DNA of 64,000 nucleotides from the NCBI GenBank assembly GCA_012026655.1, contig JAAILG010001489.1:1-64000 (forward strand), in the 5' to 3' direction. Positions within the stretch are counted from its first letter, which is position 1; every line of letters starts with the position of its first letter. The stretch is from Hydrolagus affinis. Taxonomy: Eukaryota. Positions 62,198-64,000 of this stretch are shown in pieces. Under the pieces are notes generated by a model. The model worked only from the letters and a program-made list of their open reading frames with translations, ran no database searches and had not been told where the DNA came from. The translations under genes were made by a program, and so were the position numbers.

Positions 62198-62852
62198 GTA
62201 ATTCATTCTGCGATAGAGCACAAGTGTACTGGTCTCAAGAGTGAGAAGCTGTTAATCTCCACGTGTCCCATCATAATGTGAATGATCAGTAATAATCTTG
62301 AGGAATGTTAGACAGGGCACAAGAAGATACATGGTCATTTTCCACCAGGCTGACACTCAAGTGCAATATTTGGTTAGAGCTGAATTGCTGAATATTTGCA
62401 CGAGATGTTAATCTGAGGTCCTGTCTAAATGGTGGAAATTAAAGATGTTCAAGACCCGATTTTAAAAGAGAATTAAATCTCTTCTGTTCTTCCTAAACAA
62501 TACTCCTCCAGACCAATTGTTCGTTCGCCTCATAGCTGTTCATGGGGCCTTGTAGTGTGGGAATTGGCTGTTATGCTTTCCTTTTTTAAAAAAATAATGA
62601 TCACTTTGTTTGACAAAATTACGATAAAATGCTTTGGGATGTTACAATGTCATTTCACCCACAAATAGACATTCAATTCACTTTACAGTATATTCTGTGA
62701 AGCGCTTAGAGACGTTGATAAGATGTGAAAAGCACTGTATAAAATCCAAGGATTATTATTATATCAAATTATTATTATTATATGTTATGAGCGCTCTAAA
62801 TTTCTACCAGCTCACAGAGCTGATAAACGTGATTCTCTCATGATCTAGAATT

Positions 62853-62866
62853 GCGCCCTCTGTTGG
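62853..62866 (-). promoter_or_regulatory. Candidate CTCF site CCAACAGAGGGCGC
   Basis: One mismatch to the CCASYAGRKGGCRS consensus; motif evidence only. Confidence 0.45.
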
Positions 62867-63439
62867 TTGACACGATCTTCCTCTCAGTTGAGCTTTATAA
62901 CCTATCTTAACAATACAGCATGCATTAACTGATGATAGGTAGCATCAACATAGTTTTCTTTCAAAGATTTGTATAAGCAACTAACAGGAGAAAGAACATG
63001 CTCTTACTGTAGAAGGACTGTTTTTGATGTTTCTTTCAGATGCTCAATATCCAGATGAGACTCAAAATGTAACTTTTTGGTGCAATGTTTCCTAAACATT
63101 AGTCTCACCAGAGAGCAACCATAGTGTCTGCGCAGATTATTTAGAAATTGCTTTCTTCGCATTTTCGTGAGGCCTGGAAGCAAAATATATCTAGTTTGCT
63201 TTCCACCGGTCTGGTGGCCGTATGTACTTGTGTCCCAAACTGCTACCTATGTACTATATCTCAAAATGTTGTTTCCTAAAAGAAAACTATCTAATCTGTG
63301 CTTCAAAGAATATGACTGTTTGAAGGAATCAGTAGAGCAATAGTTTGCTGTATTGCAAGGTGGAAAAATAAAAATGAAAAATATCCAACCGGGGAACAGA
63401 ATTTGGCAGAAATCTTTCCTGGGTGCTCTGATGTTTACA

Positions 63440-63884
63440 CCGTTCAAATCTTGCAGCGATCTGTAGCATATGTTGGTCACCTTCAAAACCCTCCGTGGCC
63501 TCGCTCCCCACTACTCCTGCGATGTCCTCACCACCTAACCACTCTCTCTCCGCTTGGTGGGCTCTGTCCTGCTTCACATCTCCCACCTCTTCTGCCCCAC
63601 CATTGGTGGGCAAGCCTTCAGCCATTCTGCCCCCACTTTCTGGAATTCCATCCTGCAGACCCTTCACTTCGCCCATCACTTGCCTCCTTCAAGACCCACC
63701 TCAAGGCTTCGGCATGTGCCATACTCATTGACGGTGATTTCGATTAACCTCCTATCCCCCCAGCCCCCCACCCTCCCCAATCCCCAGCTCAGATCTGGAA
63801 TACTACATACTGTACTACTAGTGCCGTGGGACATCCTCCCGACGTACAAGGCGCTATACAGATGTAATATTGTCGTTGTTGTTG
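63440..63884 (+). mobile_element. L2 LINE 3' end
   Basis: TIGGQAFSHSAPTFWNS, SLASFKTHLKA, C-rich tract, then the gggacatcctcc..ggcgctatac..(TTG)n tail. Confidence 0.88.
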
Positions 63885-64000
63885 TCTACTTCTCAATTCA
63901 AACGTACAATTGAGGCTGGGTGCACCACCTTATGTAGCAGGACATTCCATGTCCCAACCAGCCTGTGTGAACAAAATTCTCCCACACCCTGCTGGTCAAT

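Noticed and set aside
63172-63219. Possible further elastin exon (GLEAKY..) ending at gtatgt
   Set aside because: In-frame TAG, GAG acceptor and poor elastin-like composition.

Overview
Vertebrate, repeat-rich genomic DNA. The repeat landscape (tRNA-headed SINEs with L2-type tails, Deu-domain SINE relics, CR1/L2 LINE fragments, Penelope-type hammerhead elements) points to a cartilaginous fish, probably a chimaera such as Callorhinchus milii; this is an inference. The only protein-coding gene I can support is the 5' part of elastin (tropoelastin, ELN) on the + strand, which the ORF track largely misses. It has a signal-peptide exon at 42715-42796, then 15 small phase-1/phase-1 exons out to 61874, plus a 17th exon-like copy at 62162-62197 whose acceptor reads CAA instead of CAG. 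Assembled by hand: MMMKIMMAMALSRWCLFLSLITVSLQG/GVPGAGGVQGTLGRLFLPSSYFQ/AGAVPGVGVLRQQVPGAGK/GLPGYGQGLAYPYQGPGYTYQGGAVPGVGIPGL/GGAAGLQAAAKAAKAAKRA/GVGGLPGAGVPGAGVPGVYP/GRSLGLGVLPGVPTGTGLKPKA/GVGGQYGYPA/GYGGFGVGVPVGYPVYSPKLP/GGYGIPYNS/GVRPGFPG/GIPGGGAGTIP/GGYAGAKAAKYR/GVPGGVQPGGVP/GVTVPGVYP/GVPGTYPGAYP/(GLYAGAKAAKYR). No stop codon or C-terminal CGRKRK exon is seen, so the gene continues beyond the window. The first ~42.6 kb is non-coding: repeats, microsatellites and a few enhancer-like unique blocks. The main oddities are the conserved cross-linking exon with a dead acceptor, two minimal hammerhead-ribozyme relics with complementary lesions, a Tyr-rich elastin missing some conserved lysines, and a 58-bp inverted repeat. 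I found no convincing wholly new biological system. Exon coordinates are base-exact by manual reading; repeat boundaries are approximate.
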